A DNA stretch of 64,000 nt, taken from IMG/VR virus record IMGVR_UViG_3300026484_000515, positions 1,711 through 65,710 of that record; one strand, written 5' to 3'. How positions within the stretch are numbered: the first letter of the stretch is position 1; every line of letters starts with the position of its first letter. The notes beneath the pieces are model-generated. The model saw only the letters and a list, made by a program, of their open reading frames with translations. It had not been told where the DNA came from and made no database searches. The position numbers were made by a program, and so were the translations under genes. Positions 9,597-19,691 of the stretch are shown here, piece by piece. This DNA is from a virus. Taxonomy: Duplodnaviria; Caudoviricetes.

Positions 9597-9618
9597 TTTT
9601 TTTTTTAGGAGGTGAATT

Positions 9619-10017
9619 TTGATAATACCTGAGAAATGGATAGAAGAAAGTAAAGAAGATTTGAAGTTTGATAGGGAGAATTTTGAAAATAATTTTGGAA
9701 TTGCAATGAAGATTGCAAAATGGTTGGAAAGAAGAGAAAAAGTTGTAAGTGAAATGATAGAATTGATGAAAAGAAAAAAGGAAGTTGAAAGGAAATTATT
9801 TGAGTATTACAAGACTGAGTATGATTTGGTGGTGAATACTAAAGAAGAGATAAAGTTGTTGATACAAAGTGATAGTGAATTTATGAAGATAGATGAAGAA
9901 GTAATGAAATGTGAACAGAAATTGAAGTTTATAGATAAAATTCTTGATGCTTTGAAGTTAAAATCATGGGAAGTTAAATATTATCTGGAATGGAAGAAAT
10001 ACTTTGAAGGGGTGTGA
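9619..10017 (+). CDS. uvsY: UvsY recombination mediator
   Basis: Coiled 132 aa ending ILDALKLKSWEVKYYLEWKKYFEG (UvsY C-terminus); directly upstream of uvsW. Confidence 0.8.
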   Translation: MIIPEKWIEESKEDLKFDRENFENNFGIAMKIAKWLERREKVVSEMIELMKRKKEVERKLFEYYKTEYDLVVNTKEEIKLLIQSDSEFMKIDEEVMKCEQKLKFIDKILDALKLKSWEVKYYLEWKKYFEGV

Positions 10018-10025
10018 ATTAACGA

Positions 10026-11651
10026 ATGGAATATGATGTTTTGATAGATAAGAAAGATGCTTCTTATTTTTATCTTGTTCCTTCCTATCAAACCTTAAAA
10101 GACTCATTTTATAAAGCATTTTCCTGGTATGTTGAAGGATATAAGTATATGCCTCAATACAAAAACACTCCGTGGGATGGGAAGATTTATTTTTATAAAG
10201 CTGGAACATGTGAAATGCCTCTTGGTTTATGGGATATGGTTATTGAGAAATGTAAGAATGAAGGATTGAATGTTGGATTTAATTGGAAATGGAAAGAAAG
10301 GAAAATAAGTAAAAGGGAGGTTAAGGATTTTATTAAAAGATTTTCTCCGTTTCCTTTGAGGGATTATCAGTTTAATGCGATTTATTGGGGTTTAAGGAAA
10401 AGGAGGTTGAGTATAGAAATTCCGACTTCTGGTGGAAAGACTGTTTTGATATATTTGTTTGCAAGGTGGTTTTATGAAAGCGGAAAAAAAGTTTTAATTA
10501 TTGTTCCGAGAGTTCAATTAGTTGAACAGACTTATGAGGAATTTTATGAATGGGATAAAGAGTGGTGCGAGAAAAATGTTTTGAGGATACATGGAGGTGT
10601 AGATTGGAAAGGGAAAGAGAAGGAATATAAAGTAATAATTTCTACATGGCAAAGTTTACATGAAAAGAAAAAAGTGTTTTTCAAACAGTTTGATGCATTG
10701 ATTGTAGATGAAGCACATAGCAGTAAGGCAAATGTTCTGAGAAAGATTTGTGAAAAATGTGTAAATGCATGGGATAGAATAGGATTATCGGGGACTTATC
10801 CAAGCAAAAAGTGGAGTGATTATTGGAGTATAGTGTCAAGCATAGGTCCTGTTAAGAGGTTTACTACATATAAGAAAATGGTTGAGAATGATTGGATTGC
10901 TGATTTTGAAATTGTTTCCATTATTTTAAAATATCCGAAAAAGTTTTTACAGGTTGTTGAAAAGTTGTGGAAAGCGTATCAGGATATAAAAGGAATAGAA
11001 TTTGATAATTATAGAAGCAGAATTATTAGATATAACTTTGAATGTGAAATTCAAATGTATTCTTATTTGAGGAATTTGTTTTTATTGGAAATGGCTAAGA
11101 AAATGAAAAAGAATTCAATTTTTCTCTTTACAAGAAGGGAACATGGAAAGATTTTGTATGAACTTTTTAAAAATGAAATAAAGGATAAGGAGATTTATTA
11201 TATAGATGGAACAGTAAAAGTTGAAGATAGAGAATTTTTTAAGCAAAGAATGGAAGAGAAGAACAATGTAATTATTGTAGCTTCTTATGGAACTTTTTCT
11301 GAAGGAATAAACATAAAAAATCTTCACAATATAGTTTTTTGTTCAAGTTATAAAAGTAAAATTAAAGTTTTACAAAGTATAGGTAGAGTTTTGAGAAAAT
11401 TGGAAAATAAAGAAGCAAAAATATTTGATATTGTTGATTACTTTCCTTTTGGTGGAAATGAAGAGAATATTCTTGTAAGGCATTTTAAAAGAAGGGAAAG
11501 ATATTATAAAATGTATGAGATGAAATATGAGGTGAAATGGGTAAATCTTACTAAATATGCAATTGAATTTGCTGACAAATTAGTTAAAAACGGAAAACCG
11601 GTTTGGTTTATAAGAGGTGCTTCAGGTAAAGAGAGTGAAATATGGGTATGA
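10026..11651 (+). CDS. uvsW: UvsW SF2 DNA helicase
   Basis: WDGKI, LRDYQ, PTSGGKT, ISTWQSL, VDEAH, GLSGT, ASYGTFSEGINIKNLHN, LQSIGRVLR. Confidence 0.95.
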   Translation: MEYDVLIDKKDASYFYLVPSYQTLKDSFYKAFSWYVEGYKYMPQYKNTPWDGKIYFYKAGTCEMPLGLWDMVIEKCKNEGLNVGFNWKWKERKISKREVKDFIKRFSPFPLRDYQFNAIYWGLRKRRLSIEIPTSGGKTVLIYLFARWFYESGKKVLIIVPRVQLVEQTYEEFYEWDKEWCEKNVLRIHGGVDWKGKEKEYKVIISTWQSLHEKKKVFFKQFDALIVDEAHSSKANVLRKICEKCVNAWDRIGLSGTYPSKKWSDYWSIVSSIGPVKRFTTYKKMVENDWIADFEIVSIILKYPKKFLQVVEKLWKAYQDIKGIEFDNYRSRIIRYNFECEIQMYSYLRNLFLLEMAKKMKKNSIFLFTRREHGKILYELFKNEIKDKEIYYIDGTVKVEDREFFKQRMEEKNNVIIVASYGTFSEGINIKNLHNIVFCSSYKSKIKVLQSIGRVLRKLENKEAKIFDIVDYFPFGGNEENILVRHFKRRERYYKMYEMKYEVKWVNLTKYAIEFADKLVKNGKPVWFIRGASGKESEIWV

Positions 11652-12000
11652 GATAAAATTGTGTAATGAAGAAATTGCGAAAGTTTTTGGTGAATTTAAG
11701 TATGTTCCGAGTAGTGAAAGGATAGCAGTATTTAAATATGATAACCTTTTCATAAAAGTTAGTCTCTTTCTTGACAAATTGTATATCATAGCTGGTAATT
11801 CTTTTTTGAAAATTACGGATTCATATTTTGAAACTATTGGTGGTAATGTAAGATTTTTTAATGGTAATTTTGAATGGACTTTAAACTTGACAAAAGGAAG
11901 AATAGAGGTTAACATAAGTAATGTTCAACGGTGTTTTGAAAGGAAAAGATTAGAAATAAGTAGAATGATGAAAAAATGGAGAGGATATAAAAATGAGTAA
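11617..12000 (+). CDS. hypothetical protein
   Basis: 127-aa ORF between uvsW and gp55. Confidence 0.6.
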   Translation: MLQVKRVKYGYEIKLCNEEIAKVFGEFKYVPSSERIAVFKYDNLFIKVSLFLDKLYIIAGNSFLKITDSYFETIGGNVRFFNGNFEWTLNLTKGRIEVNISNVQRCFERKRLEISRMMKKWRGYKNE

Positions 12001-12442
12001 AAAACGGAAGCATTATCTTGATAATGAAGAGTTTAAACAAATGATATTAGAGTATAAAAAATTGAAAGAACAGAATCCTGATGCTGAAATTCCTCCGAGA
12101 TTATTGAAAGCATTGCAAAAATTGATAGATAAGGTAGCAAGACGAGCAAATTTCTGTGGATATCAGTTCTTAAGGGATATGAAACAGGAAGCAATGTATT
12201 ATTGTTTGAGAGCACTTGAAAGATTTAATCCTACAAAATCAGATAATGCCTTTGCTTATTTCACTTCTGTTGTCTGGAATGCTTTTATTTCTGTGATTAT
12301 GAAAGAAAAGGAATATGTGAAATTTAAATTTGAATATGCTCAATTCTTTATGACAGATAAAGAGAAAAAGCGAGATTATAGAGTAAATGAAGAGTATCTT
12401 GATGAAATGACGAGATATTATCTTGAGTTGGATGAGGAATAA
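11993..12442 (+). CDS. gp55: Late-transcription sigma factor gp55
   Basis: HYLDNEEF...ANFCGYQFLRDMKQEA...FNPTKSDNAFAYFT...NAF...EK. Confidence 0.93.
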   Translation: MSKKRKHYLDNEEFKQMILEYKKLKEQNPDAEIPPRLLKALQKLIDKVARRANFCGYQFLRDMKQEAMYYCLRALERFNPTKSDNAFAYFTSVVWNAFISVIMKEKEYVKFKFEYAQFFMTDKEKKRDYRVNEEYLDEMTRYYLELDEE

Positions 12443-13525
12443 ATGAAGTATCTAATTGTTTCTGATACACATTTTGGAATCTCTTCTTTTAACAAAAAGA
12501 GATTTGAATATATGATAGCTTATTTCGAGAATGAAGTATTTCCATTTATTTTGGAAAATAAGATAAAACATGTTATTCATCTTGGTGATTTAGTGGATAA
12601 AAGGAATGTCATAGATTTTTACATTGATAATGGAGTGAAGAATAGATTTATAGATTGGTTTGAGCAAAATAAAGTTCATTTGTATTTGATTGTTGGAAAT
12701 CATGATATGTATTACAAGAATGAAAGAAGTATAAATTATTGCTCTATAAATTTTAAAGGAAGATTCAAATATGTGCATGTGATAGATGAGATAATGAAAA
12801 AGAAAATAGGTAAATTGAACTTTTTGTTTGTTCCCTGGATTGTGAATGAAATAGAACTTGAGATGATAAAAGATTCAGATGCTGATATTTGCTGTGGACA
12901 TTTTGAAATAAGTGGAGTTAAAATAGGAGAGAAAGTTTATCTTACACAGGGATTAAACCAATCAGTTTTTAAGAATTTCAAATTGACTTTAAGTGGACAT
13001 ATACATACAATTCAAAAACTTGGGAAAAATATTTTATATGTGGGAACTCCTTATCAATTAATGTGGGCGGATTATAATCAGGAAAAAGGAGTATGGCTTT
13101 TAAAAGATGATTTAAGTATAGAATTGATTGAAAATAAGATTTCTCCTAAATTTGTAAAGATTTTCTGTTATGAAAATTATTTTGAAATAGAAAATGAAAG
13201 ATTTGAAAGAATAGATGAAATTAAAGAAGTTATAGAAAATAACTTTTTCAAATTCATTATTTTGGAAAAGAGAAAAGACTTAGATGAAATATATGAGTTC
13301 CTTTCAGAAAATGCACAGTTTAAGTATGAGATAATAACTGAAAGTGAAGTGAAAGCATATCAAATATTGAATGGAGAAATAGATGTAAAAGTAAAAAGTA
13401 TAAACGAAATAATAGAGGAATCGCTTGAAGCAATGCAGATTGAAAGTGATAGAAAAGAGTTTATAGTAAGAGAATTTAATGAAATAATAACAAATGTTGA
13501 AAAGGGATCAATGAATGAAGTTTAA
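12443..13525 (+). CDS. gp47: Recombination endonuclease subunit gp47 (Mre11-like)
   Basis: SDTHFG, LGDLVD, IVGNHD, GHFE, SGHIH, YVGTPYQLMWAD. Confidence 0.93.
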   Translation: MKYLIVSDTHFGISSFNKKRFEYMIAYFENEVFPFILENKIKHVIHLGDLVDKRNVIDFYIDNGVKNRFIDWFEQNKVHLYLIVGNHDMYYKNERSINYCSINFKGRFKYVHVIDEIMKKKIGKLNFLFVPWIVNEIELEMIKDSDADICCGHFEISGVKIGEKVYLTQGLNQSVFKNFKLTLSGHIHTIQKLGKNILYVGTPYQLMWADYNQEKGVWLLKDDLSIELIENKISPKFVKIFCYENYFEIENERFERIDEIKEVIENNFFKFIILEKRKDLDEIYEFLSENAQFKYEIITESEVKAYQILNGEIDVKVKSINEIIEESLEAMQIESDRKEFIVREFNEIITNVEKGSMNEV

Positions 13526-15191
13526 AAGAGTTAAATGGAAGAATTTTTTATCATATCCGAATTCTTGGACAGAATATGAGTTCAAAAACGGATTAACTTT
13601 GATTCAGGGACCTATTGGTGCTGGTAAATCCACAATTATAGATGTTCTTAACTTTGCTCTTTTTGGAACACCTTACAGAAAAATAACTATTCCAAGGTTA
13701 GTGAATTCAAAGAATAAGAAAAATTTGCTTGTTGAATTGGAAATTGAGAAGAATGGAAAAGAGATCTTAATTAAAAGAGGTATTTCGCCAAATGTTTTTG
13801 AAATTTATGTAAATGGAAATTTAATTCCTCTTGAATCAAAGAAAAAGAAATATCAGGAAGTGCTTGAAGAGGTTCTTGGAATTAATGAGAAATTGTTTAA
13901 TCAGGTTCTGGTGAAATCTTTGGCTAAGGGTTCTTCATTTTTCACATTACCAAAGGGAGAGAAAAGAAAAATAATAGAATCTTTGTTTAACATAGAAATA
14001 TTTGGATTGGCAAATGAAGTTTTGAAAGAAAGAAAAAAGGAACTGGAAAAGGAATTAAACGATTTAAAACAGGAATTGTTTTTAGTAACAAGTTTGTTGA
14101 AGAGTGAAAGAGAAAAGATTTCAAAAATAGAGGAAATTTACAATCAGGAGATCTTTGAAGTTTACAACAGGAAAATTGATGAAATAGAAAGTGAAATAGA
14201 AAAAGAGAAGCAGAAATATGAAGAATTTTATGAGAAAAAGAAAAAGTATTTGAAATTCAAAGAGAAATTTGATAAGGTAAAAAATAAGCTGAGCAAAATA
14301 GAAAGGGAAATAGGAAAATACAAAGGTTCTGTTGAAACAATTGGAGTAATAAAGGAAATAATGGAAGAAATTTGTAATGAATGTGAAAAGAAGTGTGTGG
14401 TTATTTCAAAACTATATGATAAATGGAATTTGAATGAATTTGATAAGATGAAGAACAACAAAGAGAAATTTGAAGAGTGGCTAAAGGAAAAGGAAGGTAT
14501 AGTAGATAAAATCTCAAGAATTGATGTGGAATTGAAAGCTATTAAAAAGAATATTCAAAAGTTGGAAAGAGAGAAAGATAAAATTCTTAGGGAAAGGGAT
14601 AAGAAGTTAAAAATGAAGAATGAAGAGATAAATGATGAGAAAATAAAAGAGTATGAAGAAAGAATTAAAAACATTTCAAAGAAAATAAAAGAACTGAAAT
14701 GGAAACTGGATAATTATGAAATAATGATTTTCATGTGTTCGGAAGATGGAATTAAAAAACAAATAATTAATCAGTATCTTCCTTTGTTAAATGCAATACT
14801 TACGAAATATTTTGAGGAATTTGAAGTTAACTTTTCAATTCAATTAGATTCAGATTTCAATGAAATTGTAAATACAAGGTTTAGAGAAAATTTTGTTTAC
14901 TTTAACTTTTCTGAAGGTGAAAAAAGGATAATAGACTTGTCAATGCTATTTGCTTTTATTGAATTTGTTGAAAAGAAATCCAACCTGTCAGATTTAAATT
15001 TGTTAATACTTGATGAAATAACTACTGGATTGGATAGAGAAACAGATGAAATACTTTACAAGGTGTTAAGGAATATAGCAAAGAAAAAAGAAGTGATAAT
15101 AATGTCTCATACAAATTGGGATATAACAAGATATGATAGAATTTTTGATGTGAAAGTTGAAAAAGGATTTTCACGTTTAAAGGAGGTTTAA
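13515..15191 (+). CDS. gp46: Recombination ATPase gp46 (Rad50-like)
   Basis: WKNFLSY, GPIGAGKST, coiled coil with CxxC hook, FSEGEKRIIDL, LILDE, IMSH. Confidence 0.93.
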   Translation: MKFKRVKWKNFLSYPNSWTEYEFKNGLTLIQGPIGAGKSTIIDVLNFALFGTPYRKITIPRLVNSKNKKNLLVELEIEKNGKEILIKRGISPNVFEIYVNGNLIPLESKKKKYQEVLEEVLGINEKLFNQVLVKSLAKGSSFFTLPKGEKRKIIESLFNIEIFGLANEVLKERKKELEKELNDLKQELFLVTSLLKSEREKISKIEEIYNQEIFEVYNRKIDEIESEIEKEKQKYEEFYEKKKKYLKFKEKFDKVKNKLSKIEREIGKYKGSVETIGVIKEIMEEICNECEKKCVVISKLYDKWNLNEFDKMKNNKEKFEEWLKEKEGIVDKISRIDVELKAIKKNIQKLEREKDKILRERDKKLKMKNEEINDEKIKEYEERIKNISKKIKELKWKLDNYEIMIFMCSEDGIKKQIINQYLPLLNAILTKYFEEFEVNFSIQLDSDFNEIVNTRFRENFVYFNFSEGEKRIIDLSMLFAFIEFVEKKSNLSDLNLLILDEITTGLDRETDEILYKVLRNIAKKKEVIIMSHTNWDITRYDRIFDVKVEKGFSRLKEV

Positions 15192-15192
15192 A

Positions 15193-15465
15193 ATGAAAGT
15201 ATCAAAGTTGAAGAAAGGAATTATTGAAACAATGGAATTGTTTGGTTTAAGTAAAGAATCGGCTAAATTAATTGCAAATGCAATGATACAAATGAAGGAT
15301 GATGATGAGGTATCTTCAAAAGAAGCAGTAAAATTTGCTTTTATAAGTGGTTGGAATTTTGCTACTACGGTTTTAGAGATTGCAGAAAAAATGAAACAAG
15401 GAAATCTGGAAATTAAAAATGGAAATGCACTTATAATAGAAGATGAAGAAGATAAAATGAATTAA
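15193..15465 (+). CDS. hypothetical protein
   Basis: 90-aa ORF, GGAGG SD. Confidence 0.7.
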   Translation: MKVSKLKKGIIETMELFGLSKESAKLIANAMIQMKDDDEVSSKEAVKFAFISGWNFATTVLEIAEKMKQGNLEIKNGNALIIEDEEDKMN

Positions 15466-15475
15466 GGGGAGAAAG

Positions 15476-15736
15476 ATGAGTCATGAACCGATTTTTACAA
15501 GATTGGATAGAGAAGTTGTGGAACTTGCTAAAAAATGTGGAAGTTATCTGGATGCTATAAAAACTAAAATAGAAGAATTGGGATTAGATGTTTCAGAAGC
15601 AGATGAATTGTTCCATCCATTAATAATAAAGAAGTTAGAAGAGGAACTTTATGAGTTAAATCTTTTGAAAAAGGATAAAAATGATTCTGAGAGAAAGGCA
15701 AACTTGTTTATGTTTATACAGGACGATTCCACATAA
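15476..15736 (+). CDS. gp33: Late-transcription coactivator gp33
   Basis: SYLDAI...IEE...LIIKKLEEELYELNLLK matches the gp33 pattern. Confidence 0.75.
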   Translation: MSHEPIFTRLDREVVELAKKCGSYLDAIKTKIEELGLDVSEADELFHPLIIKKLEEELYELNLLKKDKNDSERKANLFMFIQDDST

Positions 15737-16214
15737 TTTAACAGCAATTCTACAGAAAGATTTTTATTATCCCATTGATAATGAAATTGTAATTTGTAAA
15801 GATCCATGTTGGTTTCCTGAAAGAGGAAATTTATATATCTGGGATGATGTAAAATATGAAGTGATACCGTATTTCAGGAAAAACGGAAAATTATATGCTT
15901 CTTGTGGAAGTAATAGAGTATTCAGAAAAGGAAGTAAAATTTATTACTTACCTTCAGTAAATTTACTTGAATTTTTGAAGTTAAACAAATTTTGTCAGAT
16001 ATTTTTCATCTTTTTTCAAACAATTCCCATGCCTGTTTGGGTTTTAGGAAAAATTAAAGAAAATTGTTGTATAACACTATTTTCAAAGGACTTAAGATTA
16101 CTGAAGCCAGAATCAATTAAATATGAAGAAGAAAAGCTAATCATAAAATTTGAAATACCAAGAAGTGGATATGCTGTTTTTGCTAATACAGGACAAATAA
16201 GAGTGGAGAGATAA
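15681..16214 (+). CDS. Tail/virion structural protein, apparent paralog of N-terminus of next gene
   Basis: Shares FP..G...YEV...F..GS and Q.....W....SGYA modules with 16220. Confidence 0.55.
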   Translation: MILRERQTCLCLYRTIPHNLTAILQKDFYYPIDNEIVICKDPCWFPERGNLYIWDDVKYEVIPYFRKNGKLYASCGSNRVFRKGSKIYYLPSVNLLEFLKLNKFCQIFFIFFQTIPMPVWVLGKIKENCCITLFSKDLRLLKPESIKYEEEKLIIKFEIPRSGYAVFANTGQIRVER

Positions 16215-16219
16215 ATCAA

Positions 16220-17734
16220 ATGGAATGCAAATTTGATAGCAGATGCGGATTTTATCTATATGCTAATAATGCCAAATCAAAATTAGCAGAAGATTTATCA
16301 TCAGATGATAATGTTTTGTATATAGATACAGTTGATTCACAATTGTTTCCGGATATAAAACCTGGAACAAAATATAATTTGTTGATAGTTAATCCAACAG
16401 ATGAAACACAATATGAAATAGTAACAGCAGTTTCAAAAACAAGAAATGCTTTTACAATAGAAAGAGGGCAGGAAGGAACACTTCCTAAATCTTTTCCTGC
16501 TGGTTCAAGAGTTGAATTAAGATTAACTTCTGAAATTCTTGAAAGTTTGAAAGTTGAAAACATTTATGATGTTTCTTATCTTCATGTTCAAGCAAAACCT
16601 GAAAAAATATGGTCTATTCCTCATAAGTTAAATTATTATCCAAACGTTTTAATCTTTGATGATAAATTCAACAGAATACTTGATGGTTTTAACATTTCTT
16701 ATCCAGATGAAAATACTGTTGAAATTTTCTTTAATGAAGAGAAATCAGGTTATGCTTTGTTACTTTGCGACCCATTAAAAGTTTATGAAGAAATAGTTAA
16801 AGCTGAAAACATAGCAGATGAAATACAGAAACATAGATTATCTATAAATGAAGTTTTTTCTGAGTTGATAGAAGAGTTAATATCAAGATTGGTTAATTGT
16901 CAGATAAGAGATGCTGCTACATTACAGGGTTATGAACCAAGTGATTTTCTTAAAGTGGAAAATGGAAGAGTTGGAATAGATAGACCTATTGTTTTAGGTG
17001 ATGGAAAACATAGATTGGCTGCTGTTTGGACAAGAGTTTTAATTGCAGATAGAGTAATTGGTTCTGTTGAATGTGCAGATAAATTGTGTCATGATGTAAC
17101 ATTTGTTTTTAAAGGTGATACAGATGGAAATGTTTCAACGAATTTTGAAGATAGAGTAATAAATGTGAATTTAAAGGTTAAATCAGTTGATGGACATATT
17201 CCATCTGTTACACCAAAACCTGGTGCAATTCCAGTAGCAGGTAATAATGGAAAGATTTCTTTAGATTGGTTAGATTTGCCACCTAAAGGATTAATGTATT
17301 TTGCTTATGTTGATATTCCTGCTCAATCTTCTGGAAGTCCTGTAACATTTCATTTTGATTTTTCTGAATGGTATGAAGATTATTGCTCTAAGGTTAAGTA
17401 TATAGAACCTAATGAATTTTTGGTTGTTCCTATTGCTACTTTTTCCATTTTCAGAGTTCCAAACCCACATCCCAAATATGAAAGTGGAACTCCTTCTCTT
17501 GGTGATTATTACTATGTTGATTACAATTGTTCTGCTCCTGAATATATTGGAGGAACCAAATATAAATTCAAAATGAAGTTGGGTGCAACAGGAACATCTT
17601 CATCTGGAAAAACACATAGTTATTCAACAAAGGGGTATTGTGGTTTTAGAATTTACTTCTATGGTGGACCTATTGGCGTGCTTTATAAGTATTATGGTGA
17701 ATTGACAGAACATGATAATAGGATTGAGGTTTAA
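16220..17734 (+). CDS. Tail fibre-like structural protein
   Basis: N-terminal TIERGQEGT...FPAGSRVELRLT domain; HVQ...WSIPHKLNYYPNV module; DAATLQG and IPVAGNNGKI fibre motifs. Confidence 0.7.
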   Translation: MECKFDSRCGFYLYANNAKSKLAEDLSSDDNVLYIDTVDSQLFPDIKPGTKYNLLIVNPTDETQYEIVTAVSKTRNAFTIERGQEGTLPKSFPAGSRVELRLTSEILESLKVENIYDVSYLHVQAKPEKIWSIPHKLNYYPNVLIFDDKFNRILDGFNISYPDENTVEIFFNEEKSGYALLLCDPLKVYEEIVKAENIADEIQKHRLSINEVFSELIEELISRLVNCQIRDAATLQGYEPSDFLKVENGRVGIDRPIVLGDGKHRLAAVWTRVLIADRVIGSVECADKLCHDVTFVFKGDTDGNVSTNFEDRVINVNLKVKSVDGHIPSVTPKPGAIPVAGNNGKISLDWLDLPPKGLMYFAYVDIPAQSSGSPVTFHFDFSEWYEDYCSKVKYIEPNEFLVVPIATFSIFRVPNPHPKYESGTPSLGDYYYVDYNCSAPEYIGGTKYKFKMKLGATGTSSSGKTHSYSTKGYCGFRIYFYGGPIGVLYKYYGELTEHDNRIEV

Positions 17735-17737
17735 AGA

Positions 17738-18286
17738 ATGATTGCATTTTTTGTTGACCCTGTATATTATATGATTGAAGGATTCATTCAAATAGGAAAA
17801 GTGAATAATTTAAGGAGTTTAACGGTAGAAGCACCTGTATCTTCAATAACAGGAAAACCTTGCAAAATAATAACAATGGAAGAAAAGGATGTTCCATTTA
17901 ATTACACAGTTTTATATGAAGTAGAAAAATATCTTTTATATCCCACAAAAAGATTTTATAGGAGACCTTATTTTAAAATAAAGGTTTTTGAAAACAATGA
18001 AGAAGTAAATCCGATGTTTCTTGAAGTTGAAAAGGAATATACAGTTGAAGTATCTTTGGAAAATCCGGATGGAATTTATTGGGGTGATACAATTAAAACT
18101 GTAAAAATAAAGGATAGAACAGGATTTCTTAAAGAATTTAGAAAGTCAAAAGCGGTAGATTTGGATAGGAAAAAGAAGTTTAGGTTTAAGATTTCTTCTA
18201 AATTTCCAGGAGTTTTTAAATTAAGAGTAAAGGACTTGAATTTTCTTGCTTATGTGTCTATATTAGAAGGTAAGTTTGTTCCATAA
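17738..18286 (+). CDS. hypothetical protein (possible tail fibre accessory)
   Basis: 182-aa beta-rich ORF directly after the fibre gene. Confidence 0.55.
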   Translation: MIAFFVDPVYYMIEGFIQIGKVNNLRSLTVEAPVSSITGKPCKIITMEEKDVPFNYTVLYEVEKYLLYPTKRFYRRPYFKIKVFENNEEVNPMFLEVEKEYTVEVSLENPDGIYWGDTIKTVKIKDRTGFLKEFRKSKAVDLDRKKKFRFKISSKFPGVFKLRVKDLNFLAYVSILEGKFVP

Positions 18287-18309
18287 CAAAAAGGCGGAGA
18301 AATGAAGCA

Positions 18310-19329
18310 ATGAAATTTGAAATTCCATTTAAGTTTTCAGAAAAATATCTTGAATTTGTAAATTCTAATGTAGAAAAAATATATTCTGTTTATTTTCCAG
18401 TCTTTTCTTTATTTCCTTTAACTGCAAGAATAGCATTTTACGAACAAAATGTGGATTTGTTAAAGAAAATTGATTTAAGAATCAAAAGGAAACTGCTTTT
18501 AAATGGAAAATTTATTCCTGAAAATTATTATTCTTCTTCTTTTCTAAAGAAGTTAAGAAGATTTATGAAGAAAAATGACATCTATTGTTGTGTAGTTGCG
18601 GATGGATATTTCGCAAAATTTTTAAATGATAATAAGATACCTATTCAATTATCTGTCAATTTTGGAATTTCTTCGCTAAAAGAGTTTAAACACTATGAAA
18701 TTTATTTTAGAGGACTTGTAAAAGATGTTTGTTTTGATAGGAAAATGAATCTTACAATGGAAATAAATGATGAAATCCAGAAAGCATTAGAGGAAGGTAT
18801 AACTCCGATACTTGTTGCAAATGAAGGGTGTTTATATAATTGTCTTTTTAAAGATAGTCATGATTTCATAATTTCTTTGTTTAATAGACAATTTGTTGAC
18901 CATAGAGTTTTAGTTTCTTTTGATTTTAAAAAACTTTCTCAGAATCATTGTAATTATTCATGTATAAATGTATATTCTAAAAGACCATGGCTGATGATGA
19001 CTTCACCTTTTATAAGACCTGAAGATTTGAAAAGTTATCCTGAAGGAGTAGTATTTAAAATAGCAAAAAGAGAATCAAATGAAGATGAACTTATTGAAAT
19101 TATTAAGTCTTATTTTAATGGAGAATATACTGGAAACTTAATAACTTTAATGGATACAACTTCTTTTCTAAATGAAAGGTATTGGGTTTTTAATGAGATA
19201 ATCACTAAGAAATTTCCTGATTTTCACTTAGTAAGAAGAAAGTGCAATAAGTATTGTTTAAAATGCCCATACTGTAGAGAAGTATTTAGAAGGGCAAGCC
19301 AAAAACTAAAAGGAGGTTATAAAAGATGA
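18310..19329 (+). CDS. Peptidase U32 family Fe-S protein
   Basis: VVAD, QLSVN, FDR..N, LVANEGCLYNCLF...H, FIRPEDL, FKIAKR, C-terminal CxxxCxxCxxC. Confidence 0.8.
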   Translation: MKFEIPFKFSEKYLEFVNSNVEKIYSVYFPVFSLFPLTARIAFYEQNVDLLKKIDLRIKRKLLLNGKFIPENYYSSSFLKKLRRFMKKNDIYCCVVADGYFAKFLNDNKIPIQLSVNFGISSLKEFKHYEIYFRGLVKDVCFDRKMNLTMEINDEIQKALEEGITPILVANEGCLYNCLFKDSHDFIISLFNRQFVDHRVLVSFDFKKLSQNHCNYSCINVYSKRPWLMMTSPFIRPEDLKSYPEGVVFKIAKRESNEDELIEIIKSYFNGEYTGNLITLMDTTSFLNERYWVFNEIITKKFPDFHLVRRKCNKYCLKCPYCREVFRRASQKLKGGYKR

Positions 19330-19691
19330 AAAAATGGAGAAATGTTGAAAAATTTTTACTTACTGTTTCCTTGAAAGGTTCTGAAGTAGGTGAATTTCAG
19401 AAAGTTTATGGAATAATGAAATTAGTTGCTGAAAATCCAAATCATGCAACAGAATTGATTTCAAATGATATTGATACTCTTGAAATGATTTATGAAAAAT
19501 TTATGGAATTTTTCAGAAGAGCAGAAGTAGGTGTTTCTGAAATAGGAGACTACATTACTTGTGAGAAATATCTTGAAGAATTGGTTGAATCTGTAAAAGA
19601 TATGATAATAGAAAAAACGAGAGAAAAGGAGGTGAAAGATGAAGTGCATAACATGTCAGAATCCAGTAGTAAAGGAGAGGGAGGAGAATAG
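19326..19691 (+). CDS. hypothetical protein
   Basis: 121-aa ORF, GGAGG SD. Confidence 0.7.
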   Translation: MKKWRNVEKFLLTVSLKGSEVGEFQKVYGIMKLVAENPNHATELISNDIDTLEMIYEKFMEFFRRAEVGVSEIGDYITCEKYLEELVESVKDMIIEKTREKEVKDEVHNMSESSSKGEGGE

